From: Armatimonadia bacterium
Lineage (GTDB): Bacteria > Armatimonadota > Zipacnadia > Zipacnadales > JABUFB01
Direction of reading: 5' to 3'
Length of the DNA: 64,000 nucleotides
Assembly: GCA_039679385.1 (NCBI GenBank)
Contig: JBDKVB010000005.1
Span: 271 to 64,270 of the forward strand
The position numbers and the translations under genes are program-made. Of the stretch, positions 27,301 through 34,858 are shown piece by piece (position 1 is the first letter of the stretch; the number at the start of each line of letters is the position of its first letter). The notes beneath the pieces were generated by a model. It was not told where the DNA came from, did no database searches, and was given only the letters and a program-made list of their open reading frames with translations.

Positions 27301-27565
27301 GGCTCTGTTCCGGGCTGAAGTCGGGCTCCGAGAGGGATCGCTCTCTGACGGCTGCCTCTTCGTGGTGGAGGTGTCGGGGAAGGAAGTCGCCAGGAAGCTG
27401 ATCGTGCCTGGGCAGTGGGAGACCCTCGAAGCAGACCTGTCCCCGTGGGCGGGCAAGCCGGTGGTGCTCTCCGTGGTCACCGACTCGGACAAGGCCTATG
27501 ACTTCGACTGGGCGATGTGGGGGAACCCGCGTCTGGAGCCAGAGCCAGAGCCCGCTGCCAACTAG
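24323..27565 (+). CDS. Large lipoprotein, TIM-barrel glycoside-hydrolase-like core plus two C-terminal beta-sandwich-like repeats (family unassigned)
   Basis: GGAGG lies 7 nt upstream of the ATG at 24323. Lipobox 'LLVVVPLASC'. Core region 'GFRVMLHVNYFGC...DVDALHLDQT...LSGEGLNEV' resembles a (beta/alpha)8 hydrolase. Two C-terminal modules end in 'FDWARWESPRIE' and 'FDWAMWGNPRLE'. Confidence 0.6.
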   Translation: MRPTRTVLLALSLLVVVPLASCQQVATPNLKCVWSGMTVTELHDSDGTVFAQAKAPATQVVLSRLEGDLTLEAAQVPATVESQPPQRTFAKLSGAGEGTARLSLAPDAGSGDLIVEQEGTSGPGLHDIYWRVQGIPLDYSIIIPGRSGIRLDRNTPGTTQSFTYPQSWEAQFVIIQGRDRGFWIWAEDTEGQFKSLTANRRATGWELVLGTQNLAPFEDKSTIRSVRWHLGTYRGDWTVPASRYRTWAAANFGLVPLAQQRPAWVKDVRAMFICGMDLETLRAIAGVCDPRQTVLYVPSWRRDGYDINYPDYTPLPALEPFLAEAHRLGFRVMLHVNYFGCDLKNPLYETFKPYHVRDAFRKEYQWWIPPSQKKWTDREPTIKFAYINPASRAWRELLVSRLKKLCTDYDVDALHLDQTLCIYNEAAGRVDGMTMVEGNLALHRELREALPEVALSGEGLNEVTFRMEAFAQRHAWGVNHSEGTWNRSQIDCAHPISSFLFCPYTTINGYLGMTSPSNEQYYAAWRQAYVNWGVIPTFAHVGLAQLKDPTGFTRQLLGEIAFFQREKVDPDLYRAWRPDTLFPYRTASGQPVEYVRKDGFALIAGSGPASQVVSQTLTGVSQVTGEGSVSGWPAYNAQGIFGLHTDAWYPFEPQTSRDLAAPHLDRAPSWVTVDGVTSGPDMLAVRTSDAHRVVAWVADLLGTGRSGYTVFGGAGEEQEGELAGSAAGARFTASSRELISLHPPWKGERKDPAIGTASADGTGEVYAVLRVTLPEDGASRFLSGVCLEPGALGEGKSDGVTYIVEATSEGKTLRSQVHTAQATAVPLELDLAPFRGKGIQLRLTVDPGPARNPSFDWARWESPRIEVDRTKAGDLEVVAPPRQDWVAALSSSGTAQLSTLEATRYLVRAPLPGSVYLLKRKPQAVSLPCDLTGCSFSLLFLTQGGQQLTAPQYAAGAVGEASVLGLQRRGFTAHPPNRGRTLMEFPLQMPQRPALFRAEVGLREGSLSDGCLFVVEVSGKEVARKLIVPGQWETLEADLSPWAGKPVVLSVVTDSDKAYDFDWAMWGNPRLEPEPEPAAN

Positions 27566-29607
27566 CGCGCGGCGAGGGATTGCGGGAGGCTGAAGTTGGA
27601 GGGCGAACTGGTCGCTCCGAGCTTGAGGAAGGGTAGGTACTTCGTAGCGAAGTTCTCGTCGTAGTTGAAGACCACCCAGCCCTCGATGCCGAGAGACCGA
27701 CAGAGGGTGATCTGGTCGAGGAGGCTCTGCGGGCCGCCGAAGGTCATCCCGTCGGCGTTGACGCCGATGCCCTGGCACAGCGGCACGCGCCCCTTCACCC
27801 AGCCGATCTGGCGACGAGTGTACATCTCGAAGCGCGAGAGCGAGGGCGTGTAGCTCATCGGGCAGACGAAGTCGACCAGCCCGCGGTCGATCCAGACCTT
27901 CCAGTCCTGGCCGAAGCCGTCCCTGTGGTCCTCCCAGTTGAGGAACACGGCGGCTGAGAAGGGGAGGTCGGGGCGTGCCGCACGCACGGCGCTGCGCACC
28001 TCCACGAGCAGGCTGGTGATCTGCTCACGTCGCCAGTCGAGCCAGCGCTCGCGGACCTCGCCCTTTCGCAGCACCTCCCTGGTCAGGTCGGCGACGGGCT
28101 TGCTCAGGGTCGCGAGGAAAGCCTTCCGGCAAAGGGGACACAGACAGCAATCCTCGTCCGGGTAGCGCAGGTAGTCGAGCTGCAGGCCGCTGACCGCGTA
28201 CCTGCTGACGATCTCCGTCGCCAGGTTGACCAGAAGCTGCCGGTTCTGCGGGTTGGTGGGGCAGAGCCAACGTGTGGTCTTGCCTTTGGCGGTGATGGCG
28301 AATCGCCCGGCTGCCTGCAGCGACTGTCTGAAGGACTCCGGCGCGCACATCGCGTACAGGCCGAGAATGCGTGCGTGCACCGGCACCCCGTACTTGCTCC
28401 CGGCTGTCACGGCCTCCTGCAGCAGGTCGCGGTCCTCAACCCAGGGCACGTAACGGCTCGGGTACCAGGCAGCTCCCGCCGTCGCAATATAGGGGAACAC
28501 CGCATTCAGGTTCGCCTCGCGCATGGTTCGGATCGCGGTGTCCCAGTCCGGCGGCGCCGCATAGGTGGCCCAGACCCCACGCAGTTCCCCGTTGACCGAA
28601 GGGTAGCTCATCCAGTAGGCGCGCTGCGCTTCCTCCCTGGCCTGTCCGCTGAGCCGGAGGGCCGAGGTGATGTCGCCCAGAGCCAGAGAGCGGCGAGAGA
28701 GTGCGAGGGTGTTGGTGGCCGTGCCGACCTGTGCTGCTGCACGCATAACGTCCTCGCCATCACGGGCGCGATCCACAAGACGGGCGCCCAACTCATCAAG
28801 GGAGGCGTAGCGGCCAAGAGGCCCAAGGTCGGCCGGTGTCGCGGGGAGGCACTCGCTCCACACCTGTGGGACGAAGTAACCGCAGAGCGCCCGCATCAGG
28901 GCGGCCTGCGAGGCCCGGTCGCCGCTGTCCGAGAGGGTTGCCGTGATGAAGGCACCGCCGGCACCGACCACCACGGCCGGTTTCCCGGTGTCCTGACCCT
29001 TCGCGGAACGCCAGGTGGCGACAACCTGAGAGGAAGGCGCTGCACTCGCAGAGCGGATTTGTGAGGTGGGTGATACGACGGTAGAGGGGAGACCGGGGAG
29101 CCAGGTTGCCGAGGCCACGACGTGTGCATAGGTGCCCTCGGAGCCGGACAGGTAGTCACCGGCTCGTACGGGCAGCGCTTTGAGCAGCTCCGGCGGAGCG
29201 ACCAGGCAGCAGATGACCTTGCCGCCCGAGCGCAGGAACTCGAGCAGCTTCGTCAACTCCCCCGGTGAGACCGCGCGGTTGTAGGGGAGAAGGCAGACCC
29301 GGGCGCCGGGCAGGCCTTCCTTCTCGACCAGCGAGTCACGGCTAAGGCGGTAGCCGATGTGCGCCCGGTCAAGGGCCGCCTGCATGGTGCGTGCGGCAGA
29401 CTCGGCCCGAGGACGCATCGCCTCGCCGCCTTGCCCGAGGAAGTCGCCCTCAACAACCACCACAGGAGCGGAGCCCACGGCAGCGCAACTGCCAAAGGGC
29501 AGTGCCAGAGCAAGCGCCATCCCCCAGACAGGCGTTAGGGCACGGAAGAGGGTCTGCAGGAAGTTACCTCGGGGATCAGCGCCACTCCCCCGAAGCGCGA
29601 CGGCCAA
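27562..29607 (-). CDS. Glycosyl-hydrolase-like family 10 (GHL10/DUF187-type) secreted protein or lipoprotein
   Basis: 'LRGVWATYAAPPDWDTAIRTMREANLNAVFPYI', 'VPVHARI' and 'LQLDYLRYPDED' fit my recollection of the GHL10 TIM-barrel pattern (RGVW...HAW...DYxRYP). Hydrophobic signal 'MALALALPFGSCAA'. TTG start lies 2 nt after the upstream ABC gene stop. Confidence 0.55.
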   Translation of the reverse strand: MAVALRGSGADPRGNFLQTLFRALTPVWGMALALALPFGSCAAVGSAPVVVVEGDFLGQGGEAMRPRAESAARTMQAALDRAHIGYRLSRDSLVEKEGLPGARVCLLPYNRAVSPGELTKLLEFLRSGGKVICCLVAPPELLKALPVRAGDYLSGSEGTYAHVVASATWLPGLPSTVVSPTSQIRSASAAPSSQVVATWRSAKGQDTGKPAVVVGAGGAFITATLSDSGDRASQAALMRALCGYFVPQVWSECLPATPADLGPLGRYASLDELGARLVDRARDGEDVMRAAAQVGTATNTLALSRRSLALGDITSALRLSGQAREEAQRAYWMSYPSVNGELRGVWATYAAPPDWDTAIRTMREANLNAVFPYIATAGAAWYPSRYVPWVEDRDLLQEAVTAGSKYGVPVHARILGLYAMCAPESFRQSLQAAGRFAITAKGKTTRWLCPTNPQNRQLLVNLATEIVSRYAVSGLQLDYLRYPDEDCCLCPLCRKAFLATLSKPVADLTREVLRKGEVRERWLDWRREQITSLLVEVRSAVRAARPDLPFSAAVFLNWEDHRDGFGQDWKVWIDRGLVDFVCPMSYTPSLSRFEMYTRRQIGWVKGRVPLCQGIGVNADGMTFGGPQSLLDQITLCRSLGIEGWVVFNYDENFATKYLPFLKLGATSSPSNFSLPQSLAAR

Positions 29608-29609
29608 AG

Positions 29610-31502
29610 CTACTCCCCCTTGGTCTCGGCTGCCTCCGGGTCGGCCTCTGCGGCAGTCTTCTCGCGCTCCTTGCGTGTCTTCGCGAGGTGCTCATCCACC
29701 TTATCCTGGGCACGCTTGAACTGCACCTCACACAGCTTCGTGTACAGGCCGCCTGCGGTCGCCAGTTCGGCGTGAGTACCGCGCTCCACGATCTGGCCGC
29801 GGTCGAGCACCAGTATCTGGTCTGCGTTGGTGACCGTCGATAGACGGTGGGCGATGATAAAGGTGGTGCGGTTCTTCATCAACTTCTCGAGGGCGTCCTG
29901 AATCAGGACCTCGGACTCCGAGTCCAGATTCGAGGTCGCCTCGTCAAGGATCAGGATCCGTGGGTTGCGCAGCAGCGCACGGGCGATGGCGATGCGCTGG
30001 CGTTGCCCGCCTGAGAGACGGGTGCCGCGTTCGCCGACGACGGTCTCATAGCCGTCGGGAAACTCCATGATGAAGTCGTGGCAGTTCGCGGCGATGGAGG
30101 CCTGAACGACCTGTTCATCAGTCGCCTCGGGGCGACCGTACTTGATGTTCTCACGCAGGGTGCCCTGGAACAGGAAGTTCTCCTGCAGGACCATCCCGAT
30201 GTTCCGACGTAGCGTGCTCTGCAGAACATCCCTGAGGTCGTGACCGTCCAGGACGACCTTCCCGTCCGTGGGGTCATAGAAACGGGGAACCAGATGGACC
30301 AGGGTGGTCTTGCCGCTGCCGCTGGGACCGACGAGAGCCGTCACGGTCCCGGGCTCAGCCACTATGTTGACGTCCTCCAGCACGACCTCGCCGGGCTCGT
30401 AGTAGAAGCCCACATGCTGGAACTCCACATGGCCCTCGACTTCCTCCAGTCGCACCGGCTTCGTCTCCGGGTCCTGGACATCCGGCATGGTATCGAGGGT
30501 CTCAAAGATGCGCTCGACGGCAGCCATGACCCAGTTGATGGTGTCGTTGATCGTGACCAGGGCGATGACGGGTCCGTAGAGCATCGTCTGATAGGAGCGG
30601 AAGGCGACCATCTCGCCGATGGTCATCTTGTTCTGGATCACGTACATGCCGGCAACGAAGAGAACGCCGACGTTGGCGGCCTGCGTGAGCAGACCGGCGT
30701 TGCGGCCGAGGATGGTCCGCAGCCGTCCGGTACGCATGTTCAGGTGGATGCTCTCGCGCAACTCACGGACAAAGCGCCGGGCCTCGAAGTGCTCCCGTGC
30801 GAAAGCCTTGATGACGCGGATCCCGGCGATCGACTCGGACAGCGTCGAGTAGACCTCCGAGAACTGGTCGCGGGACTCGGCTGCTGCCTGGCGGATGCGG
30901 TTCTGCATGAACAGGAAGTTGATGACATACAGGGGAAGCACACCGAGCGCCAGAGCCGGCAAGACCCACGAGTGCATACGGAAGCTGTAGTAGAGGACGA
31001 TTCCGACGACGACCAGAAGGGTGACAATGTTGGTGAGCATGTCCACGATGCCGTTACTGAGCACCGACTGGACCGCGTCGACGTCATAGAGGACCCGCGA
31101 CATGATCCGGCCGCTGGAGTTGCGTTCGAAGTAGCGCATCGACAGTCGCTGAATATGTCGGAACAGGCGCGAGCGAATGTCAAAGACGATGCGGTTCCCA
31201 ACATACAGCAGGATCATCGAGCGAGTGAAGCCAATCACTGCACCGAGAACTGCGAGGCTGATGAGAATCCCGGTAACCATGTACACGTACCGGGTGGCGC
31301 GCTCGACGTCGAGGGTCCTCTCGGCGTCGGGCTTTAGGTTCCACTCACCGACATTGAGTGGGCGCAGTTGGTCGATGAGCTTACCGCTGATCGCAGGCAT
31401 GGGCATCGACAGAGCCGTGGTGATGAACACCATCAGGATGGCGGTGATCAGCGGGAACCGATAGGGCTTGGCAAACCCTAGAAATCGCCAGAAAAGTGAC
31501 AT
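29610..31502 (-). CDS. ABC exporter, fused permease/ATPase (ABCB/MsbA-like type I exporter)
   Basis: Six-TM N-terminal domain. Walker A 'GPSGSGKTT', signature 'LSGGQRQRIAIARAL', Walker B 'ILILDEATS'. ATG at 31502 ('MSLFWRFLGFAKPY') chosen over the longer track ORF. Confidence 0.85.
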   Translation of the reverse strand: MSLFWRFLGFAKPYRFPLITAILMVFITTALSMPMPAISGKLIDQLRPLNVGEWNLKPDAERTLDVERATRYVYMVTGILISLAVLGAVIGFTRSMILLYVGNRIVFDIRSRLFRHIQRLSMRYFERNSSGRIMSRVLYDVDAVQSVLSNGIVDMLTNIVTLLVVVGIVLYYSFRMHSWVLPALALGVLPLYVINFLFMQNRIRQAAAESRDQFSEVYSTLSESIAGIRVIKAFAREHFEARRFVRELRESIHLNMRTGRLRTILGRNAGLLTQAANVGVLFVAGMYVIQNKMTIGEMVAFRSYQTMLYGPVIALVTINDTINWVMAAVERIFETLDTMPDVQDPETKPVRLEEVEGHVEFQHVGFYYEPGEVVLEDVNIVAEPGTVTALVGPSGSGKTTLVHLVPRFYDPTDGKVVLDGHDLRDVLQSTLRRNIGMVLQENFLFQGTLRENIKYGRPEATDEQVVQASIAANCHDFIMEFPDGYETVVGERGTRLSGGQRQRIAIARALLRNPRILILDEATSNLDSESEVLIQDALEKLMKNRTTFIIAHRLSTVTNADQILVLDRGQIVERGTHAELATAGGLYTKLCEVQFKRAQDKVDEHLAKTRKEREKTAAEADPEAAETKGE

Positions 31503-31554
31503 GATCGCAACCTCAGGCCGCCGGAGGTCAGGCGGCGTTGTGAGAGTGGCACGG

Positions 31555-31583
31555 ATTATACCGCACCTATCTCGGCACGTAAA
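31555..31583 (-). promoter_or_regulatory. Sigma70-like promoter for the ABC exporter operon
   Basis: On the minus strand: TTTACG (31583-31578), a 17-nt spacer, then a perfect TATAAT (31560-31555). This is about 50 nt upstream of the ATG at 31502. Confidence 0.5.
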
Positions 31584-31695
31584 CCACCGCACGTGAGGGA
31601 AAGCGCCGGAGGAGACAGGCGACCATTGACTTAGGAGGTCTGTTTGTGATACAGTTTCTCCACGGGAAGCCAGTTCCCGTGGAGAAGTGTGACAC

Positions 31696-31727
31696 GGCTC
31701 AAGGGAATCCCCCTTGAGCCTTTTTTT
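31696..31727 (+). terminator. Strong intrinsic terminator 45 nt upstream of purA (leader/attenuator or 3' end of a small RNA)
   Basis: Perfect 10-bp stem: ggctcaaggg (31696-31705) pairs with cccttgagcc (31711-31720). The loop is 5 nt and is followed by TTTTTTT (31721-31727). No plus-strand gene lies upstream of it. Confidence 0.6.
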
Positions 31728-31771
31728 GTGGGCGGATACCGATGTACTCCGCCTGGAAGGAGTTACGCAGC

Positions 31772-33049
31772 ATGTCTGTCAAGGTGGTCGTGGGTGCGCA
31801 GTGGGGTGATGAGGGCAAGGGGAAGATCACGGACATCCTGGCCGAGGGTGCGGACGTCGTCGTGCGCTACCAGGGCGGGAGCAACGCTGGTCATACGGTG
31901 GTGGCCGGCGGAGAGGAGTTCAAGCTGCACCTGATCCCGTCTGGGATTCTGCGTGACAAGGTGATCTCGGTCATGGGGGACGGCACCGTCATCGACCCGT
32001 CGTCCCTGGTGCAGGAGATCGAGGGGCTTCAGGCGCGCGGCATCTCCTGCAATAACCTGCGGATCAGCGGCTGCGCCCATGTCATCATGCCCTACCACCG
32101 CCTGCTCGATGGGCTGGAGGAGGAGTCACGCGGCGTCGGTGGCATCGGTACCACACGTCGGGGAATCGGCCCGGCCTACACGGACAAGACCGCACGTATG
32201 CCCAGGCCGATTCGCATGTGGGACATGCTTTCCGCTGAGGTTCTGCGCGAACGAATCACGGCGCAGCTCGCGCAGAAGAACGTGCTGCTGCAGAGCCTGT
32301 ACAACCAGGCTTCGCTCACGGTGGACGAAGTCTTCGAGGAAGTCTGGGGACCTGCGCAGAGGATCCACCAGTACATCACGGACACTCGGATGATCCTCTT
32401 CGAGCAATTTGAAGCCGGGGCCAACATTCTCTTCGAGGGTGCTCAGGGGACCTTCCTGGACCTGGACTACGGGACCTTTCCCTTTGTCACGTCGTCTCAT
32501 CCGGTCTCCGGCGGCGCCTGCCTGGGCACCGGAATCGGGCCGACGCAGATTCAGGACGTCTACATGGTCGCCAAGGCCTACACCACGCGCGTCGGGGCCG
32601 GCGCTTTCCCGACCGAGGACAAGGGCAAAGACGGCAACGAGATCCGTGAGCGCGGGCACGAGTATGGCACCACGACAGGTCGCCCGCGACGCTGCGGATG
32701 GCTCGACCTTGTGGTGCTCAAGACCAGTGCGCGAATCAACAGCGCCACGGGAATCGCCCTGACGCTCCTGGACGTGCTGGATGCCTTCGAGAAGCTGCCG
32801 GTGTGTGTGGCCTACGAGGTCGACGGCAAGCGCTATGACATGGTGCCCAGCGATGTGGACCTGCTGGAGCGCGTGACGCCCGTCTACGAGGAAAGGCCCG
32901 GCTGGGGTCAGAACATCTGCGAATGCGAGACCTACGATGCCCTCCCGGCGGCGGCGCGCGAGTACGTGGAGTACATCGAGAAGTTCACCGGCGTGCCGGT
33001 GAAGCTGATCGGAGTGGGGAAGGGACGCGAGCAGACAATCCTGCGATAG
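31772..33049 (+). CDS. purA: Adenylosuccinate synthetase
   Basis: 'VVVGAQWGDEGKGKITD', 'YQGGSNAGHTV', 'GTTRRGIGPAY' and 'GTTTGRPRRCGW' are all canonical PurA motifs. GGAAGGAG RBS before the ATG at 31772. Confidence 0.95.
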   Translation: MSVKVVVGAQWGDEGKGKITDILAEGADVVVRYQGGSNAGHTVVAGGEEFKLHLIPSGILRDKVISVMGDGTVIDPSSLVQEIEGLQARGISCNNLRISGCAHVIMPYHRLLDGLEEESRGVGGIGTTRRGIGPAYTDKTARMPRPIRMWDMLSAEVLRERITAQLAQKNVLLQSLYNQASLTVDEVFEEVWGPAQRIHQYITDTRMILFEQFEAGANILFEGAQGTFLDLDYGTFPFVTSSHPVSGGACLGTGIGPTQIQDVYMVAKAYTTRVGAGAFPTEDKGKDGNEIRERGHEYGTTTGRPRRCGWLDLVVLKTSARINSATGIALTLLDVLDAFEKLPVCVAYEVDGKRYDMVPSDVDLLERVTPVYEERPGWGQNICECETYDALPAAAREYVEYIEKFTGVPVKLIGVGKGREQTILR

Positions 33050-33064
33050 AAGACGCTCACACCG

Positions 33065-33094
33065 GGAGGCAGGCTGCGAAGCCTGCCTCCTTTT
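33065..33094 (+). terminator. Rho-independent terminator after purA
   Basis: Perfect 10-bp stem: ggaggcaggc (33065-33074) pairs with gcctgcctcc (33081-33090). The loop is 6 nt and is followed by TTTT (33091-33094). Confidence 0.7.
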
Positions 33095-33139
33095 GTATTC
33101 TGGTTCCCCCGCGTGGGGCAGAGCGCATGAGGTAATCCG

Positions 33140-34858
33140 ATGAACCTGAACCCAGTTGAGCTCAGTCGCGCCCTAACCGCCCTGGACGCCCGCTACGACC
33201 CCGCAGAGAGGATGCTTCGCGAGCCTTTCAGTTCGCCGGGCTACCACACAGCGTACCGCGGTGACTTCACTCACCCGACGCGCTCGGCGATCGAATACGC
33301 GCAACTGCTGTTCGATTCAGAAGAGGACGACCGCCTGCCGACGGCGCTGGCGGTTCTCGACCGCATCCTCACACTCCAGGACACAGACCCCTCGCACAAG
33401 ACCTATGGCATCTGGTCGTGGTTCCTCGAGGAGCCCCTGGAGAAGATGTCGCCGCCGGACTGGAACTGGGCCGACTTCGTCGGAACGCACCTCATCCAGA
33501 TCGCCCGAGAGCACAGGTCGCGGATCCCCGAAGACCTGGCGAGGGCACTGGACGCCGGCTGCCTGCACGCCGCACGATCGATCATGCGGCGAGACGTCGG
33601 TCCCGGCTACACGAACATCGCGCTGATGGGTACGCACGTGACCTACACCGTCGGAGAGTTCTACCACGACGAGGAGGTCCTCCAGTACGCCCGCGGGCGA
33701 CTGGAGAAAGTCTACGAGTTCCACCACGAGCAAGGCGCGTTCTCGGAGTACAACAGTCCGACCTACACCGCGCTGGCCGTCAAGATCCTGGCGCGAATGC
33801 TGCGCGACTTCGCCGATCCGCAAGCCCTGGAGAGAGTCCAGTACCTGTATGACCTGGCCTGGTCGGACGTGGCGGGGCACTACCACCCGCCAACAGGTCA
33901 GTGGGCCGGGCCGCACTCGCGCTGCTACTCGACGCTGCTTGGGCTTGGCGGCAGGGCCTTCTTCCAGCGGGCTACCGGCGGCAAGGTGCGATTCTGCGAG
34001 GATGCCGACCTGCCGCCTGACGCCGAGGCCTACCGGCTGCAGTGGCCCTGCCCGGAGCGCTTTGTGCCGCAACTGCTGTCGGTTTCCGAGCCGCGACGTC
34101 TGAGCCAGGTCTACCACAAGGGCGATGCCCCGGTGATCGGGCGCACCTACATGGATGCGCAGGTCGCGCTGGGAGCTGTGAATCGGGGGACCTTCTGGAA
34201 CCAGCAGCGGGCGCTCGTGGCCTACTGGGGCACCGTCGAGGCACCGCAGGCACTGCAGGTGCGGCTGCTGCACGACGGGTACGACTTCGCCTCCGGAAGG
34301 CTGTTCACCAGGCTTGCCGGGCCACGGGTTGTGGCTATCGCCTCCCTCGCGACGGACCAGGGGGATACGCACCCGAGCCTCGATCCGGTGAAGGAGGGGA
34401 CCATCGAGGCGGAGGACCTGCGGCTGCGGTTCGAGCTCCAGAACCTGCCCGAGGGAACGGAAGCACCCACCGAATTCGCCCTGGGCAAGCCGGTGTTCGT
34501 GCAGGCAGGGAACGCAACTGTGTCGCTGCAAATCGCAGGAGCGCAGTTCGGTGACGCCACGCCGACCCTGGAGACGTCTCGGCAGGACAACAGCCTTTGG
34601 TTGGACGTGGTCCTCTACCACGGAGCCCGCCAGGCCATCGACCTGAAGGCGCTGGGCAAGTGCTTCGTGGTATTTGGGCTCACGGTCAGTGGTTCGGGCG
34701 ACGATGCCGGTGTCGCGCAGGTCACCTGTGAGGTCGAGGGCGACCGGGTGAAGGCCGGCTGGTCGACGTCCGAAGGTGATCTAGCGCTGTCGGCACTCGC
34801 TCAGCCGGGACCCGGCCGAGAGGTCATTCCCGGGGCACGTGGCATCGACGAGGCCTAG
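33140..34858 (+). CDS. Cytoplasmic hypothetical protein (572 aa), unassigned family
   Basis: Long ORF with normal amino-acid composition and no signal peptide. I recognise no motifs. Confidence 0.5.
   Translation: MNLNPVELSRALTALDARYDPAERMLREPFSSPGYHTAYRGDFTHPTRSAIEYAQLLFDSEEDDRLPTALAVLDRILTLQDTDPSHKTYGIWSWFLEEPLEKMSPPDWNWADFVGTHLIQIAREHRSRIPEDLARALDAGCLHAARSIMRRDVGPGYTNIALMGTHVTYTVGEFYHDEEVLQYARGRLEKVYEFHHEQGAFSEYNSPTYTALAVKILARMLRDFADPQALERVQYLYDLAWSDVAGHYHPPTGQWAGPHSRCYSTLLGLGGRAFFQRATGGKVRFCEDADLPPDAEAYRLQWPCPERFVPQLLSVSEPRRLSQVYHKGDAPVIGRTYMDAQVALGAVNRGTFWNQQRALVAYWGTVEAPQALQVRLLHDGYDFASGRLFTRLAGPRVVAIASLATDQGDTHPSLDPVKEGTIEAEDLRLRFELQNLPEGTEAPTEFALGKPVFVQAGNATVSLQIAGAQFGDATPTLETSRQDNSLWLDVVLYHGARQAIDLKALGKCFVVFGLTVSGSGDDAGVAQVTCEVEGDRVKAGWSTSEGDLALSALAQPGPGREVIPGARGIDEA

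Noticed and set aside
31646-31717. The 23-codon uORF upstream of purA, considered as a bona fide small protein gene.
   Set aside because: I could not assess conservation, and the frame is largely dictated by two perfect hairpins. It is kept only as part of the leader/attenuator hypothesis, not reported as a CDS.
31728-31771. 'CCGCCTGG' just upstream of purA, reminiscent of the conserved 3' element of ZTP (pfl) riboswitches that control purine genes.
   Set aside because: I could not find the 5' sub-domain (the P1/P2 pseudoknot partner) in the preceding sequence. The 8-mer alone is weak evidence, and it also simply forms a local 7-bp hairpin. An Infernal scan with RF01750 would settle it.
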